The notes below the pieces were generated by a model. It was not told where the DNA came from. It saw nothing but the letters and a program-made list of their open reading frames with translations, and made no database searches. 64,000 nucleotides of DNA from IMG/VR virus record IMGVR_UViG_3300011832_000025. One strand, 5' to 3'. Both the position numbers and the translations under genes were made by a program. Every line of letters starts with the position of its first letter. Position 1 is the first letter of the stretch. This document shows positions 39,331 to 49,839 of this stretch, piece after piece. The DNA comes from a virus. Its lineage: Duplodnaviria > Caudoviricetes.

Positions 39331-39867
39331 ATGAGTAATTTCGAGAAAAGCCCCTCCCAGGAGCCACCACCAACCTTGGAAAGTATTGTGGCGCGGGTCA
39401 CGCAATTAAATGCGTCCAAAGAGGATGAGACGTGTTTTGACGCCGCTTTGCAAGATCATATGGCTCGCCTTCCCCACGTGCTTGTGTTGTTGCCCGACTT
39501 TTTAAACGGGCGCCCCAACTCCCAGAGAGAATTGGAACAACATTGGGAGTGGATGACTTCCAATTACGGCTGGGCGCTGTCCCAAAAAGCCGTAGCTCCT
39601 TTAGCGCAGCCGGCCCCCACCGCTTTAAAAAACGAAGTGTGGCAAAAACTCAAAAGCGTGGTGAGAGACCCTTTGCGTCTTGACATGATGGACCGTCTCA
39701 CACAACGGGAAGATATTCCCACATTGTGGTGGGAGAATTTGAGATTGGAGACGTCTCATTACATAAAATACTGCAAACAGTACGGAAGACTTTTGCCCGT
39801 TGACACCTCCCCTTTCCAACACGATTTGGAGAAAACCACCCTCAGCGATCGCCGTTTGTTGCTCTAA
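39331..39867 (+). CDS. family B-related protein lacking TM helices
   Basis: REDIPTLWWENL; ends RRLLL. Confidence 0.7.
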   Translation: MSNFEKSPSQEPPPTLESIVARVTQLNASKEDETCFDAALQDHMARLPHVLVLLPDFLNGRPNSQRELEQHWEWMTSNYGWALSQKAVAPLAQPAPTALKNEVWQKLKSVVRDPLRLDMMDRLTQREDIPTLWWENLRLETSHYIKYCKQYGRLLPVDTSPFQHDLEKTTLSDRRLLL

Positions 39868-39980
39868 TCAGTCCACCCTAAGATGAACCGCTTAAAGCTA
39901 GTGGGAATACGCAAAAAATAATGGTTGAAAATTATCATATTTGATGTATTATATGGGTTATCTAATCAAATATGATAAAT

Positions 39981-40304
39981 ATGAGCAACGAAAGTCATAC
40001 TCATTCGCCTCTGGTCATTGAATGGGCGGAAAATATGGGGCACACCATTAAAAACGCCCGCCGCCGCCGCAACCTCACCCAGCGGCAACTGGCCCAACAA
40101 AGCAATATCAGTCTTCCCACTTTAGTGCGCTTGGAAAAGGGGGACGCCGGGGTGGCTTTGGGGAAAATTTTGGAAGTGATGAGTGTATTGGATCCGGAAT
40201 GGGTTACCCAATTGCTGGACAACATGACGTCAGACGCGCTGGGCACACAATTGACCAACGCCAGCTTGCCCCAACGCGTGAGGACCACCAAAAATGACTT
40301 CTAA
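39981..40304 (+). CDS. XRE-family HTH antitoxin (HipB-like)
   Basis: IKNARRRRNLTQRQLA...TLVRLEKG; overlaps the hipA start. Confidence 0.85.
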   Translation: MSNESHTHSPLVIEWAENMGHTIKNARRRRNLTQRQLAQQSNISLPTLVRLEKGDAGVALGKILEVMSVLDPEWVTQLLDNMTSDALGTQLTNASLPQRVRTTKNDF

Positions 40305-41541
40305 AACCACCCCAATTCTTGACCCCCAACGGTTGTATGTGTTTGCTCCCACCCCCAACGGCCCTCAGTTGGCTGGGCGTTTTGAGTGGCACAATGGCGT
40401 GGGTGTGTTTGAATACGCCCCCAGCTGGTTGGAAAACACCCCCCAGCGCTACGCATTGGATCCCCTCAATTTGCCTTTAACCGCGGGACCCAAAACAACA
40501 CGGGTGAACAACGGCGTGCATGGGGTGTTGGCCGACGCCGGCCCTGATTCATGGGGGCGGCATTTGATGGAAATGGCGGGCCGTTCTGCCCACAACCCGG
40601 TAGAAATGCTGCGTTTAAGCAACGGCAGTGGAACCGGGGGATTGATGTTTTCCCAAGCTCGCAGTCAACCCAATCCCGTGCGCAGCGTATTGCCCTACAC
40701 CCAACTGGAGCGCTTGGAGCACACCATGGAAGAGTTGGACTTGGGTCATCAGGTGACCAACGAAGAACTCAAACAATTGTTTGAAGCGGGCTCGTACTCG
40801 TTGGGCGGCGCGCGCCCCAAGGCCTTGGTTGCTCATCAAGACCACACCTGGATTGCCAAGTTTGAACGCAATCAAGACCACTTGTCCATGCCTCAGGTGG
40901 AATACGCCTGTTTGCAATTGGCGCAAGCCTGCGGATTGCCTGTTCCCGAACACCAACTGCTCAAAGTCGGCCGTCGGTCGGTGTTGTTGGTGAAACGTTT
41001 TGACCGCGCCAATGGAGAACGTCTGCACTATTTGAGTTTGCACGCGTTGTTGTCGTTGGAAAAAATGGCCGCCACCGATGTCGTGGGACCCACGGGGCGG
41101 GTGACGTACGGCAACTGCGCGGCGTTAACCCGGAAGATTGGGGTGGAGAACACAGGTCCAGCGTTTTTTGACCGCATGGTCTTCAATGTGCTGATTGGCA
41201 ACACCGACGATCACTTGCGCAACCAAGGGTTGTTGTTCAATCATCACACACGTCAGTGGGATCTGGCGCCTTGTTTTGACCTCACGGCCGTGGGTGGGAC
41301 CTTGCACGCCATTGGATTGGGTGTTTCAGGACGCGAGCGCTCTTGGGAGAACGCGCTGTCGGACGCCCCCCGTTTCAATTTAAAGGGGGCCGCCGCGCGC
41401 GAGCGAATGGAAAACATGAGTTCACTGGCCCAACAACATGTGGAAAGTTGTCTGCAACATATCGAAAACCCCCAACATCGCCACACAGTGATGAACCGGT
41501 TGATGTTTTCCCAACGCCTTCAGACAAAATTAAAAATGTGA
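40294..41541 (+). CDS. hipA: HipA-family kinase toxin
   Basis: PDSWGR, SLGGARPK, LLVKRFDR, GNTDDHLRN and LAPCFD motifs. Confidence 0.92.
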   Translation: MTSKTTPILDPQRLYVFAPTPNGPQLAGRFEWHNGVGVFEYAPSWLENTPQRYALDPLNLPLTAGPKTTRVNNGVHGVLADAGPDSWGRHLMEMAGRSAHNPVEMLRLSNGSGTGGLMFSQARSQPNPVRSVLPYTQLERLEHTMEELDLGHQVTNEELKQLFEAGSYSLGGARPKALVAHQDHTWIAKFERNQDHLSMPQVEYACLQLAQACGLPVPEHQLLKVGRRSVLLVKRFDRANGERLHYLSLHALLSLEKMAATDVVGPTGRVTYGNCAALTRKIGVENTGPAFFDRMVFNVLIGNTDDHLRNQGLLFNHHTRQWDLAPCFDLTAVGGTLHAIGLGVSGRERSWENALSDAPRFNLKGAAARERMENMSSLAQQHVESCLQHIENPQHRHTVMNRLMFSQRLQTKLKM

Positions 41542-41613
41542 CCTACAAGACTTGGCGGAAAACGAAGGTTGTAAGGTCGTTAAAGTTTGATACGATGGAT
41601 CAAACGAGACAAA

Positions 41614-43104
41614 ATGATGAACATCACCAACGCCAAGCTTTTCCCGATGGGACCACGCAAACTCAACCAACGCGCCGCCGTGCACTGGTTGTGTAAGACC
41701 GCGTTTGTGGGTTTGACCATCATGGCGGGGACCGCGGGGGCTCATGAAGAACCTGCGGTGATGTCAGTAAAGCCTCAGCCTGTTGCTCAAAATATCATCC
41801 CCGCCCAATTTGCCCCCACGGTGTTTGAACGGAAATTGTCCGAAGGGGCATTGGATTGGGCAAAAGGCGGAGCCGTGCAAGTGGAATCCCTGCTCAATCA
41901 ATGGGAAACAAATGGAGTCACCCCCACTCAAGCAATTGAATTGCTCAACGTGTTGATTTTGACCCAAAGCCCCATGGTTGTGACCACTCAACAGTCCCTA
42001 GATATAGCTGTGAGCCAGTCCAACGCCGCCCAAAGTGTTCTGGAAATCAAAACAGCCCGCAACGCCGAATTTTTCTTACGGTCGCATGACACAGCGGGTC
42101 TCACTGATCGAAATGTGTTGGCGCAAGCCCAAATTTTTGCTTTACCCCTTATTCAAGAAGCCGATTGGCGCACGGTCCGCGCGCATTGGAATCGATTTGC
42201 CTCCGAGCGGCAAGGGGAAGTCTCTGCGCCCAACCCCACCCAAGGTGAGGATTTTGCGACCGCTCGTCAACATTTGGTGGCCGCGGTGCAGACCGCGGGC
42301 GTAAGTGGATTGCGCGTGCCTCTGCCAATGTGGAATTCCCCACAGCGAATTGAGGTGTTGGCCCAACGCATTGAACAAGCAAACACGCAGTTGCAACAGT
42401 TAACCGGATGGAGTGGAAAGGTGTTGGGCGTCAACAACACTCTGGAAATCAGCATTATGAAACCCGGCGACAACTGTGTAACATACCAAACCCCTCAAGG
42501 ACAAATTGCCATCAGTTCTTCCTGGGAAGATTTGGCGCATGAGTGGTTGCACGGAATGCAAGCTGCGGTTGCACAACAGCAAACGGGGAAAGAGGGATTA
42601 ACAAAAACGTTTGACATCAGCGGTGAACAGCAAACCCATTTGCAAAACACATGGGCGCCGGTTCTAACACACTTAAACGATCCCACCAGCGTCTGGCAAA
42701 AAAATTTAAACAAGTATTTAAACGGTGATGCTTCTATAAAGCCCGCCCATAATGTTCAGTGGGATGATCTGCGCGCTGCGCGCGCGTATTACACCAGCCC
42801 CTCTGAAACCATGGCCTACGCGTGGGGGTCTTATGTGCAAAGTCAGTTGCCCGCCACCAGCGTTCTTGCGCCGCAATCCCTTGAGCACAACACAGCCGAT
42901 GGGGTAATTGCCCCCACGCCTCAGCAAGCGGCCACGCAAAAAAACCTATGGGTGTCAGCTTTTGCTTCATTAAATTCCTGGTGGGAGGGGCAACAAAATT
43001 CCATCAATTTCACGACCAATCTATTCAAACGACGCACTGAGAATCAAACAGCCCTTGGTGTTCCTCCAGTGGCGCTTAAACATGACCATATAAATTATAA
43101 ATAA
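41614..43104 (+). CDS. exported zincin-like protein (LPD1-like HExxH domain)
   Basis: Signal-like N-terminus; LAHEWLHG...YYTSPSETMAYAW..YV. Confidence 0.65.
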   Translation: MMNITNAKLFPMGPRKLNQRAAVHWLCKTAFVGLTIMAGTAGAHEEPAVMSVKPQPVAQNIIPAQFAPTVFERKLSEGALDWAKGGAVQVESLLNQWETNGVTPTQAIELLNVLILTQSPMVVTTQQSLDIAVSQSNAAQSVLEIKTARNAEFFLRSHDTAGLTDRNVLAQAQIFALPLIQEADWRTVRAHWNRFASERQGEVSAPNPTQGEDFATARQHLVAAVQTAGVSGLRVPLPMWNSPQRIEVLAQRIEQANTQLQQLTGWSGKVLGVNNTLEISIMKPGDNCVTYQTPQGQIAISSSWEDLAHEWLHGMQAAVAQQQTGKEGLTKTFDISGEQQTHLQNTWAPVLTHLNDPTSVWQKNLNKYLNGDASIKPAHNVQWDDLRAARAYYTSPSETMAYAWGSYVQSQLPATSVLAPQSLEHNTADGVIAPTPQQAATQKNLWVSAFASLNSWWEGQQNSINFTTNLFKRRTENQTALGVPPVALKHDHINYK

Positions 43105-43173
43105 AATGCTTGTGTTGCCCGTTGCCCCTATATTTGATAGGGTTGAGTGGTGTTCAACAGTTGCGGGGGTTGT

Positions 43174-43618
43174 GTGAAATTTATAATGGCGCTCGTTTTG
43201 ATTGCAAGCCCTTTGTTGGCCAATGCTCAAAATATGTGGAAAGTGGTGGAAACAGACCCCGCAGCGGTGTTAGCTTTTCAAATGATCAACAACACCAGCC
43301 CCCGCCAAGCCACTGTGGGGTATTTTTTCACAACCCCCACCGACACCAACGCCAACGGAGACACAGCGGATTACACTCTGGTGGGGATGGAGTTTGATTG
43401 TTACACCCCCCGCACCCGCGCGTTGGCACAGAAAAACTACCGGTTAAACCAAACACCCCCCCCTTTTGGTCGGCGAAAATTTGGGCCGATGGGAACCCAT
43501 TGTCCACCCCTCGCAGCAAAAGGTCTGGGAAAGCGTATGTGGGGCCAAAGACCACGCCATGGCGCGCTTTGACACCATCCCTCAACTGATGAGGTGGTTG
43601 CGCGCTTCTGGAAAATAA
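43174..43618 (+). pseudogene. exported protein (paralog of 6660..7106) frameshifted at a C8 tract
   Basis: Removing one C at 43456-43463 gives ...TPPLLVGENLGRWEPIVHPSQQKVWESVC...GK*. Confidence 0.65.
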
Positions 43619-43667
43619 ATAGTATTGTGCTCAAACGTTTTTTTTGTACAGTGAATAAAAACAGGAG

Positions 43668-44378
43668 ATGCGCATGAAGTTTGAAATTGTTGGACAAGGA
43701 GACCCGTTCTTGCACGTAAACTTGCAAAAGGGAGAGAAAATTTATTGCGAGTCTGATGCAATGGTGTCAATGGAACCCACGTTGGAACTTTCGGGCAAAA
43801 TGCAAGGCGGATTGTTTTCAGCGTTGGCGCGAAAAATGGCCAACGACGAATCATTTTTCAATCAGTATATTGAAGCTGTCCACGGATCGGGAGATGTGTT
43901 GCTGTCCCCAGAAATTCCGGGAGACTTACAAATTTTAAATTGTTCAAGCGACCAACAATATTTTCTTAACGATGGGGTGTTTGTGGCCGCCGCGTCCACG
44001 GTGGAGTTGAACGTCAAACGTCAAGGAATAGGTCAGGCCTTGTTTGCCGGAAGCGGAGGGTTTTTCGTAACCCAAACCGCGGGCCACGGTCAAGTGGCGG
44101 TCGCCGGATTTGGGACCGTCATGGAATTGGACATTACCCCCCAAACCCCCCAGATCATTGATAATCATCACGTGGTCGCCTGGGATTCACGCCTGCGGTA
44201 CAGTTTGTCCGCTTCCACCAAAAAAAGCAGTGGGTTGGTGGGAAACTTGATTAACAGCGTGACCAGTGGGGAAGGGGTTGTTCTGAAATTTGAGGGCACC
44301 GGGAAGGTGTATGTGTGTTCGCGCAACCGCAACGCGTTTTTGGGCTGGCTGTCTTCCAAGCTCACCCCCAATCGATAA
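43668..44378 (+). CDS. TIGR00266 / AIM24-family protein
   Basis: CESDAMVSM...ANDESFF...IDNHHVVAW...SGEGVVLKFEGTGKV...SRN. Confidence 0.88.
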   Translation: MRMKFEIVGQGDPFLHVNLQKGEKIYCESDAMVSMEPTLELSGKMQGGLFSALARKMANDESFFNQYIEAVHGSGDVLLSPEIPGDLQILNCSSDQQYFLNDGVFVAAASTVELNVKRQGIGQALFAGSGGFFVTQTAGHGQVAVAGFGTVMELDITPQTPQIIDNHHVVAWDSRLRYSLSASTKKSSGLVGNLINSVTSGEGVVLKFEGTGKVYVCSRNRNAFLGWLSSKLTPNR

Positions 44379-44450
44379 GTTGCTTAACCCCAGGCCAAGA
44401 GAACTGAGGTCCCCCTGGTCAATTGATCGGGGGAGTGGTAAACTCCCTGT

Positions 44451-45401
44451 ATGAACAATTTACTCGCCACTCTTCAAGAAATCCATCGCGCACAGTCAGA
44501 TACAGGTGATTTTGCGCCGTTAGGCGATATTCCGACCGGCGACTGGAGCGCTCTGTCGCCCGCGGAGGCCAAGGCCATCAGCCAATGGGTTGTGCAAACG
44601 CCTTGGCCTATTTCGCTGGAAATGATGTACGATTGCATGTCGTGGTTGCATTGCCCAGGAAATACAGTTTTAAACCATTTGTGTGAAGCGGGTCACGCCC
44701 AGATCGTGTTGGATTCCTATGCTCCCACTCTTTCCCCTCAAAACTGTGTAATGTTGGCCCACACACTGCAAGTGGCCCGCAATCAACATTTATTGGACGA
44801 CACTGCTGTGCCAGTCCTCAAAGAGTGCTTTGACAAGGGCGACCCGCAACTGTTGTTGGACAACATCATTATTTGGACCAACGATATGAGTTTGGTTCCC
44901 CACGTGGTGTGGTTGGGCCAAAGCAAGGGGGCCGATTTGACCGAATTGATTGTCAATTTGGGCGATCTTGTGCGCCATTCCGTGGAGAGCCAACACAACT
45001 CACCCTACGACAAACAAATGAGGGAATTCGGGGCGTCTTTATTGAACGACCCCCAATTTGCGCCCATTGTGGTGGATTTGTTGTACAGTTTGGAGTATCA
45101 GGGGAAACACAAAGCCATACAGTGTCCAGATGTGTATTATATGCATCTCCAAAACGTGTTGGAAAATTGCAGTTGGGACACGGCGGTCAAGGCCTTAAAC
45201 TACACCCATTCGGGTTTTCCCAATATTGCTGAGCGCGCCGACGAACTTCTTCCGTTTTTTCCGGAACGGCTGCGGTACGATCTAGCTCGGTTGCCAATTT
45301 TCGCCGCCGGCAAAAACGCCGCCCAAATTCGCCTGAATAAAACCTTGTATCAAGTGGTTAAAGAGATTCCCGCCCCCGCCCCCGCGGTGCGCAAGATGTA
45401 A
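44451..45401 (+). CDS. hypothetical protein (VRKM tail)
   Basis: 316-aa ORF. Confidence 0.8.
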   Translation: MNNLLATLQEIHRAQSDTGDFAPLGDIPTGDWSALSPAEAKAISQWVVQTPWPISLEMMYDCMSWLHCPGNTVLNHLCEAGHAQIVLDSYAPTLSPQNCVMLAHTLQVARNQHLLDDTAVPVLKECFDKGDPQLLLDNIIIWTNDMSLVPHVVWLGQSKGADLTELIVNLGDLVRHSVESQHNSPYDKQMREFGASLLNDPQFAPIVVDLLYSLEYQGKHKAIQCPDVYYMHLQNVLENCSWDTAVKALNYTHSGFPNIAERADELLPFFPERLRYDLARLPIFAAGKNAAQIRLNKTLYQVVKEIPAPAPAVRKM

Positions 45402-45466
45402 ACACCCCATCTTGCGCCAAACCATTTTTATGACATTATTTGCAAACCTTGGTCTGAGGATTGCGT

Positions 45467-45934
45467 ATGCATCGTTATTTGCTTGTGTCTCTGTTGGCCG
45501 GTGTAGCTTTGTCCGCGTCGGCCTCGTCTCCACCCCAGTCTGAACAACAGGCTGTTGCGGCGTACCAAGCGGCGTACAAGAATCTCCCTTCCGAGGGCTG
45601 CCAAGCTTCTGAAGATGGGTTTGATACGTTCTTGGAATACTTTGTTCGCAACCCCAAATTGGCCGCGCGTTACACAGCGTCAAATGTTTCCCAACCGTTG
45701 TATTTGCAACTGCAGGACAATATTTGGATTTACGCCCGCGCAAACAGTTCCGACACATTAGACGCGCCCGGCGCCTCCTTAAAATACGAATTTAAAAAAG
45801 GTCCTCCTGTTCGTGTTGGTCTGACAGTGCAACAAGGTCAATACGACCGCCAATACAATATGGAACAAACTTACGGCCCAGTGCATTCGTATGAATTCAC
45901 CCACACCAACGGCTGCTGGACCCGCACCAAATAA
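45467..45934 (+). CDS. exported hypothetical protein
   Basis: Signal peptide; F..F...F and Y.F...NGCW patterns. Confidence 0.75.
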   Translation: MHRYLLVSLLAGVALSASASSPPQSEQQAVAAYQAAYKNLPSEGCQASEDGFDTFLEYFVRNPKLAARYTASNVSQPLYLQLQDNIWIYARANSSDTLDAPGASLKYEFKKGPPVRVGLTVQQGQYDRQYNMEQTYGPVHSYEFTHTNGCWTRTK

Positions 45935-45964
45935 CCCCCAACAATTGTTTGCAAGGAGATTCTT

Positions 45965-46381
45965 ATGAGTATTCCCCGCACATCCCCCGCCTTTGTGGCC
46001 GCGTCTTGGCTTGCTATGGGGCTGGGAGGACTGTCTTACATCATTGGGTTGTGGAACGCCGAAATGATGCTTAATGAAAAAGGCTATTATTTCACCGTTC
46101 TTATTTTGGGGCTGTTCTCGGCGATTTCTTTGCAAAAAAGTGTGCGCGACCGATTGGAGGGTGTTCCCGTCACCAATATTTATTATGGGTTGTGCTGGTT
46201 GGCGCTGATGCTCGCCTTGCTTTTGCTGTTTGTTGGGTTGTTCAACGCGTCGTTGCTGTTAAGTGAAAAGGGGTTTTACGCTATGTCTTTTGCGTTGGCG
46301 TTGTTTGGCGCTGTAGCGGTGCAAAAAAACACGCGCGATTTGTTAGCCGCCGACAAAGATCGTCTTCCTCCGCTGGAGTAA
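45965..46381 (+). CDS. yiaA: inner-membrane YiaA/YiaB two-helix-repeat protein
   Basis: AFVAASW...[13 protein letters not shown]...QKSVRD...SEKGFY...QKNTRD. Confidence 0.88.
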   Translation: MSIPRTSPAFVAASWLAMGLGGLSYIIGLWNAEMMLNEKGYYFTVLILGLFSAISLQKSVRDRLEGVPVTNIYYGLCWLALMLALLLLFVGLFNASLLLSEKGFYAMSFALALFGAVAVQKNTRDLLAADKDRLPPLE

Positions 46382-46488
46382 CAACGTTAAAAAAGACGCA
46401 AAATATGCGTCTTTTTTTTGAGTCTATCTTGAAACACGCCACCATTGTGATAAAGTTCACCTCTGTTTTAATGGAGAGCAACAGTTCT

Positions 46489-46752
46489 ATGATGTTTTAC
46501 GATTCACTTAACAACACTTACCCCCATGCTTATCTCTGTGGAGAGATTTTGTCTCCTGATCTTAAAGGCGTAAAAGTGGAACTTTCCTACACACGTTCGG
46601 GAAAGTTGTTGGCGTCTTTTCAGACCAAAGATTTTCCGCAAGTGTCGCGCTTGGATATGCGCACGTTGCTCGCCCAAGCGATTGAACGCGCCACCGACCC
46701 CAATGTTCAACTCACGTGCGAAGACGGAACGGTGGTTCTTCACCGACGATAG
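46489..46752 (+). CDS. small hypothetical protein
   Basis: ORF with a GGAG RBS. Confidence 0.55.
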   Translation: MMFYDSLNNTYPHAYLCGEILSPDLKGVKVELSYTRSGKLLASFQTKDFPQVSRLDMRTLLAQAIERATDPNVQLTCEDGTVVLHRR

Positions 46753-46829
46753 CTCCCAACGCTGTTTTTGTGGGGTTGATTTTGTCTCCAATTGATCCAC
46801 AATACATACAAATCCACCAGGAGAACTCT

Positions 46830-47276
46830 ATGCGTTCCCTATTAAAGTGTCTTTGTGTTCTGGGCGCCTTGGTTGCATCGCCGGCGATGGCTTCTCCTTT
46901 TTCCATTGGGAAATCGGGTCCTTACGAAAAAATGCAATGCGATGGAGGCTCATGCAATTGGTTTGAATGGGAGCAACAATCCATTCACAATGAAGGGGAA
47001 GATGTGATTGTGAAAGGGCGGGGGAAAATAGCGTTGTCGGAATTTGAGGAACGCCGCAAAGGCGGCGAACGTTTTGTTGATCAAAAAGAAGTCCGTGTCG
47101 TGGTGCGCTGTTCTTTAACCACCCCCAGCGTGGAATTCAATGGCGAGCAGAAATCCGTCGATCTTACTCCCCTCGTCACACCCGTTAGCAGTGTGTACTT
47201 CCGTGTGTGCCATGGAATTGCTCCCGCTTCGGCTAAAAAATTCCAGTCCATTATCGACAAAAATTACGCCGATTAA
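46830..47276 (+). CDS. exported hypothetical protein
   Basis: AGGAG RBS; signal peptide; paired cysteines. Confidence 0.75.
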   Translation: MRSLLKCLCVLGALVASPAMASPFSIGKSGPYEKMQCDGGSCNWFEWEQQSIHNEGEDVIVKGRGKIALSEFEERRKGGERFVDQKEVRVVVRCSLTTPSVEFNGEQKSVDLTPLVTPVSSVYFRVCHGIAPASAKKFQSIIDKNYAD

Positions 47277-47887
47277 AGTTTGCGCACCGTTTTGCGCGTG
47301 CGGGAGGGGAGCTCAGTGGCAATCGCTTTGCGTTGAACTTTGGCTTCGTACGTGTTCAAAGTTTCCCAGTGCTGTGGATGGCTGTTGTCCAAGCCCAATC
47401 GCCGCAACTCATTTTGAACCGCAGGAATATTCGCATGGGGGAGAAGTCGTTTGATGGCTTGAGGATTATTGTGCCGCACCGCCGTTACCAGCGCTAAAGT
47501 GGCGGCCTCGCTCCGCTCTGCATTGTCACACAGGGGGAGAATTTTGTTTATAAATTCAAGGTGCCCCCAAAGCACACAGTTCTGCAGCAGTTGAATGGGC
47601 TCGGCCACCGGACGCGCCATATGCTCCAACACAATAAGAGCGTTGCTCTTGCGATTGTTTTGCAGGGCGATGGCAAAGGGCCGCCACGCTACAATGGGAA
47701 TTTTCATATTGGTGAGCAATTTTAAAAAGCTGGTCGTGGATTGTTCGGCCGCAAAAGTTAAATACAATTCGTAAAATTTGTGGCCGAATTTAGGATCGCG
47801 AAACATCTGAGCCACAACCTCAACCTCGTTGTTGTCCATTGCCTTTTCCAAGGTGTCTTGAAACGCGTTAAATTCTTCAATGCTCAT
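47273..47887 (-). CDS. ankyrin-like repeat protein (VRKL tail)
   Basis: CVLWGHLEFINKILP and ALVTAVRHNNPQAIKRLLP repeats. Confidence 0.75.
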   Translation of the reverse strand: MSIEEFNAFQDTLEKAMDNNEVEVVAQMFRDPKFGHKFYELYLTFAAEQSTTSFLKLLTNMKIPIVAWRPFAIALQNNRKSNALIVLEHMARPVAEPIQLLQNCVLWGHLEFINKILPLCDNAERSEAATLALVTAVRHNNPQAIKRLLPHANIPAVQNELRRLGLDNSHPQHWETLNTYEAKVQRKAIATELPSRTRKTVRKL

Positions 47888-47994
47888 AGTAACTCCTGGT
47901 GTGTTCTTATATTAGCATAAATTGGCCGAACACTGAAACAGGTGTGTTGACACTGTTCCCCCTCGTGTTAAAACAATACAAAAAGTGGAGGCGT

Positions 47995-48336
47995 ATGAAT
48001 TTTCGTCGCAGTGTTCAAACAGCGGGCATGGTTTTCGGAACGACTTGGGCCGCGTTGTCGTTCGCCACACCCCATTCTTCTGAGGGCAAAGAGATTCCTT
48101 CGTCTCCTCTTGTCAAAACCACGAACACATCGCTTCCCGCTGCCGTTAAAAAAATCGACAATAAAATCGACAAAGTGAAATGCCCTGTAGGGTATATGTT
48201 GGTGTCCGGAACATACCGCGTGGTAAAGGGACAAGGCGTGCCCGTGGCTTACGCCCAAGGAAACACGCTCATTGTGGAGAGTTCGCCTCACGCCACATTT
48301 CAGGGCATAGCGGTGTGCGCGCGTTTGCCGTTATAA
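47995..48336 (+). CDS. exported hypothetical protein
   Basis: GGAGG RBS; signal peptide; CPVGYMLVSG...AVCA. Confidence 0.7.
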   Translation: MNFRRSVQTAGMVFGTTWAALSFATPHSSEGKEIPSSPLVKTTNTSLPAAVKKIDNKIDKVKCPVGYMLVSGTYRVVKGQGVPVAYAQGNTLIVESSPHATFQGIAVCARLPL

Positions 48337-48442
48337 CCGGTGTTGAACGGATGTTCAATAATGTGAACAAATCCACGTTTTGCGGAGTTGCTTTTTGCTT
48401 CCCCCTTGATAGAAACAAAAGAAGCCTCTTTTAAGGACTCGT

Positions 48443-49114
48443 ATGCTGCCCTCTTCCAGCACGATTGCCCACATCAATCAAGATTGGTTGGCCTTTGCCA
48501 AACGCGCCGATAACGACGCCCTTGCCGCGTCCAAAATGAATGAGTTGTTGGTGCACATTGATCCTTACGACAACAAATACATGCTGCCACGCTGTTGCGC
48601 CCAATTTGGATATATTGAAGGACTTAAAGCTTTACTCTTAAACAGCACAAATATTGATTGGGATCGGGTCATGGCCGCGGCGGTAATGGGCGGGCAAAAA
48701 ATGTGCGTAGAACTTATGCTGTCTCAGATTGACCCCAGTCTTTCTGGGCAGGACAAAGCGGGAACCTGGATACCCAATCAAGCTTTGCGCTTAGCTATGG
48801 AAAGCGGTCAAAACGAAGTGCTGCGGCTGTTGATTGCGGTGGTTCCCTATGACCAGCGCTCTTTGGTGTTGTTGTGGTGCTTGGAAGAATACAACCACGC
48901 TGTTCGCACCCAAGCCCCCACCGACAAGTGGGAGGGCGCGGTGAAAGTGCTGTACCCCACCGCCGCCGCAAATAAGTTGTTGGATAAAAACAGTGATCTT
49001 CCTATGTCCAGCCCTGGTCGTTTGTTGTTAGCCGATTTGCTTAGTGAAAGCGCCGCGCTGGTGGGCGAAATGAGTTTAAACACGGCGTTGCGCAAGGCGC
49101 AGTGCTTGTTCTAG
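48443..49114 (+). CDS. ankyrin-like repeat protein
   Basis: CAQFGYIEGLKALL, AAVMGGQKMCVELML and ALRLAMESGQNEVLRLLI repeats. Confidence 0.75.
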   Translation: MLPSSSTIAHINQDWLAFAKRADNDALAASKMNELLVHIDPYDNKYMLPRCCAQFGYIEGLKALLLNSTNIDWDRVMAAAVMGGQKMCVELMLSQIDPSLSGQDKAGTWIPNQALRLAMESGQNEVLRLLIAVVPYDQRSLVLLWCLEEYNHAVRTQAPTDKWEGAVKVLYPTAAANKLLDKNSDLPMSSPGRLLLADLLSESAALVGEMSLNTALRKAQCLF

Positions 49115-49212
49115 TTTTCCTCCCTCCCAACCTTGCTTCACCCATTTTGCCAATAATCCCGATACAAAAGATAAAAAAACAGGGCCTTGCGGCCCTGTTC
49201 TAATACTGCCCC

Positions 49213-49701
49213 TCAGGCTTTCAGTTTCCGCGCGGCGGGCTTCCAGCCGTTGACAATATCCAGTCCCGCCTGCGACTGCTCACTCACGTCCACCGCTGCT
49301 TGAGCAACCGCCCGCAAAAACAGCTTTTTCTTGCTAGGCAATTTGGAATTGCGCGAAACACCCTTCAGCGCGTCAAAGTTGTTGCCTTCCAAATTTTGCG
49401 CCACCAAGGATTTTCGCACCGCCGCCGCCCATTCGTTGTGACCAAACAAATCCATAGTGGAGCGCAACATTTGCACGCGGGTGCTCAAAGAATGCTCGTT
49501 ATCAGCTTTCAAATACTCGTAAAACGTGCGGCCCGTGCTTTGCACCACTTCCGCGGCGGTCAAGTTTGGCGCGGTGTGGGATTTGGAATCGGCAGCGGTC
49601 TGCGCGCCCGGCAATTGATTGAACCAATGGGAGAAGGTCTTCCACAATTCAATACTCAAAACAATGGCGTTGTCACGGGATTGGATGTCGTCAAGAGACA
49701 T
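49213..49701 (-). CDS. hypothetical protein
   Basis: ORF with a GAGG RBS; terminator at 49175-49199. Confidence 0.7.
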   Translation of the reverse strand: MSLDDIQSRDNAIVLSIELWKTFSHWFNQLPGAQTAADSKSHTAPNLTAAEVVQSTGRTFYEYLKADNEHSLSTRVQMLRSTMDLFGHNEWAAAVRKSLVAQNLEGNNFDALKGVSRNSKLPSKKKLFLRAVAQAAVDVSEQSQAGLDIVNGWKPAARKLKA

Positions 49702-49839
49702 AAGCACCTCGGGTGTGGGAATAGTCCTATTATACGGTGTTCCCCCACCACGGGCAAGCTTTTTTAGTCGGAGTATCCGAATAAAAGGTGTTTAAAATCA
49801 AAGACTTATGGTTGTGTTGTTGGCCGTTCAGGCAGCCAT

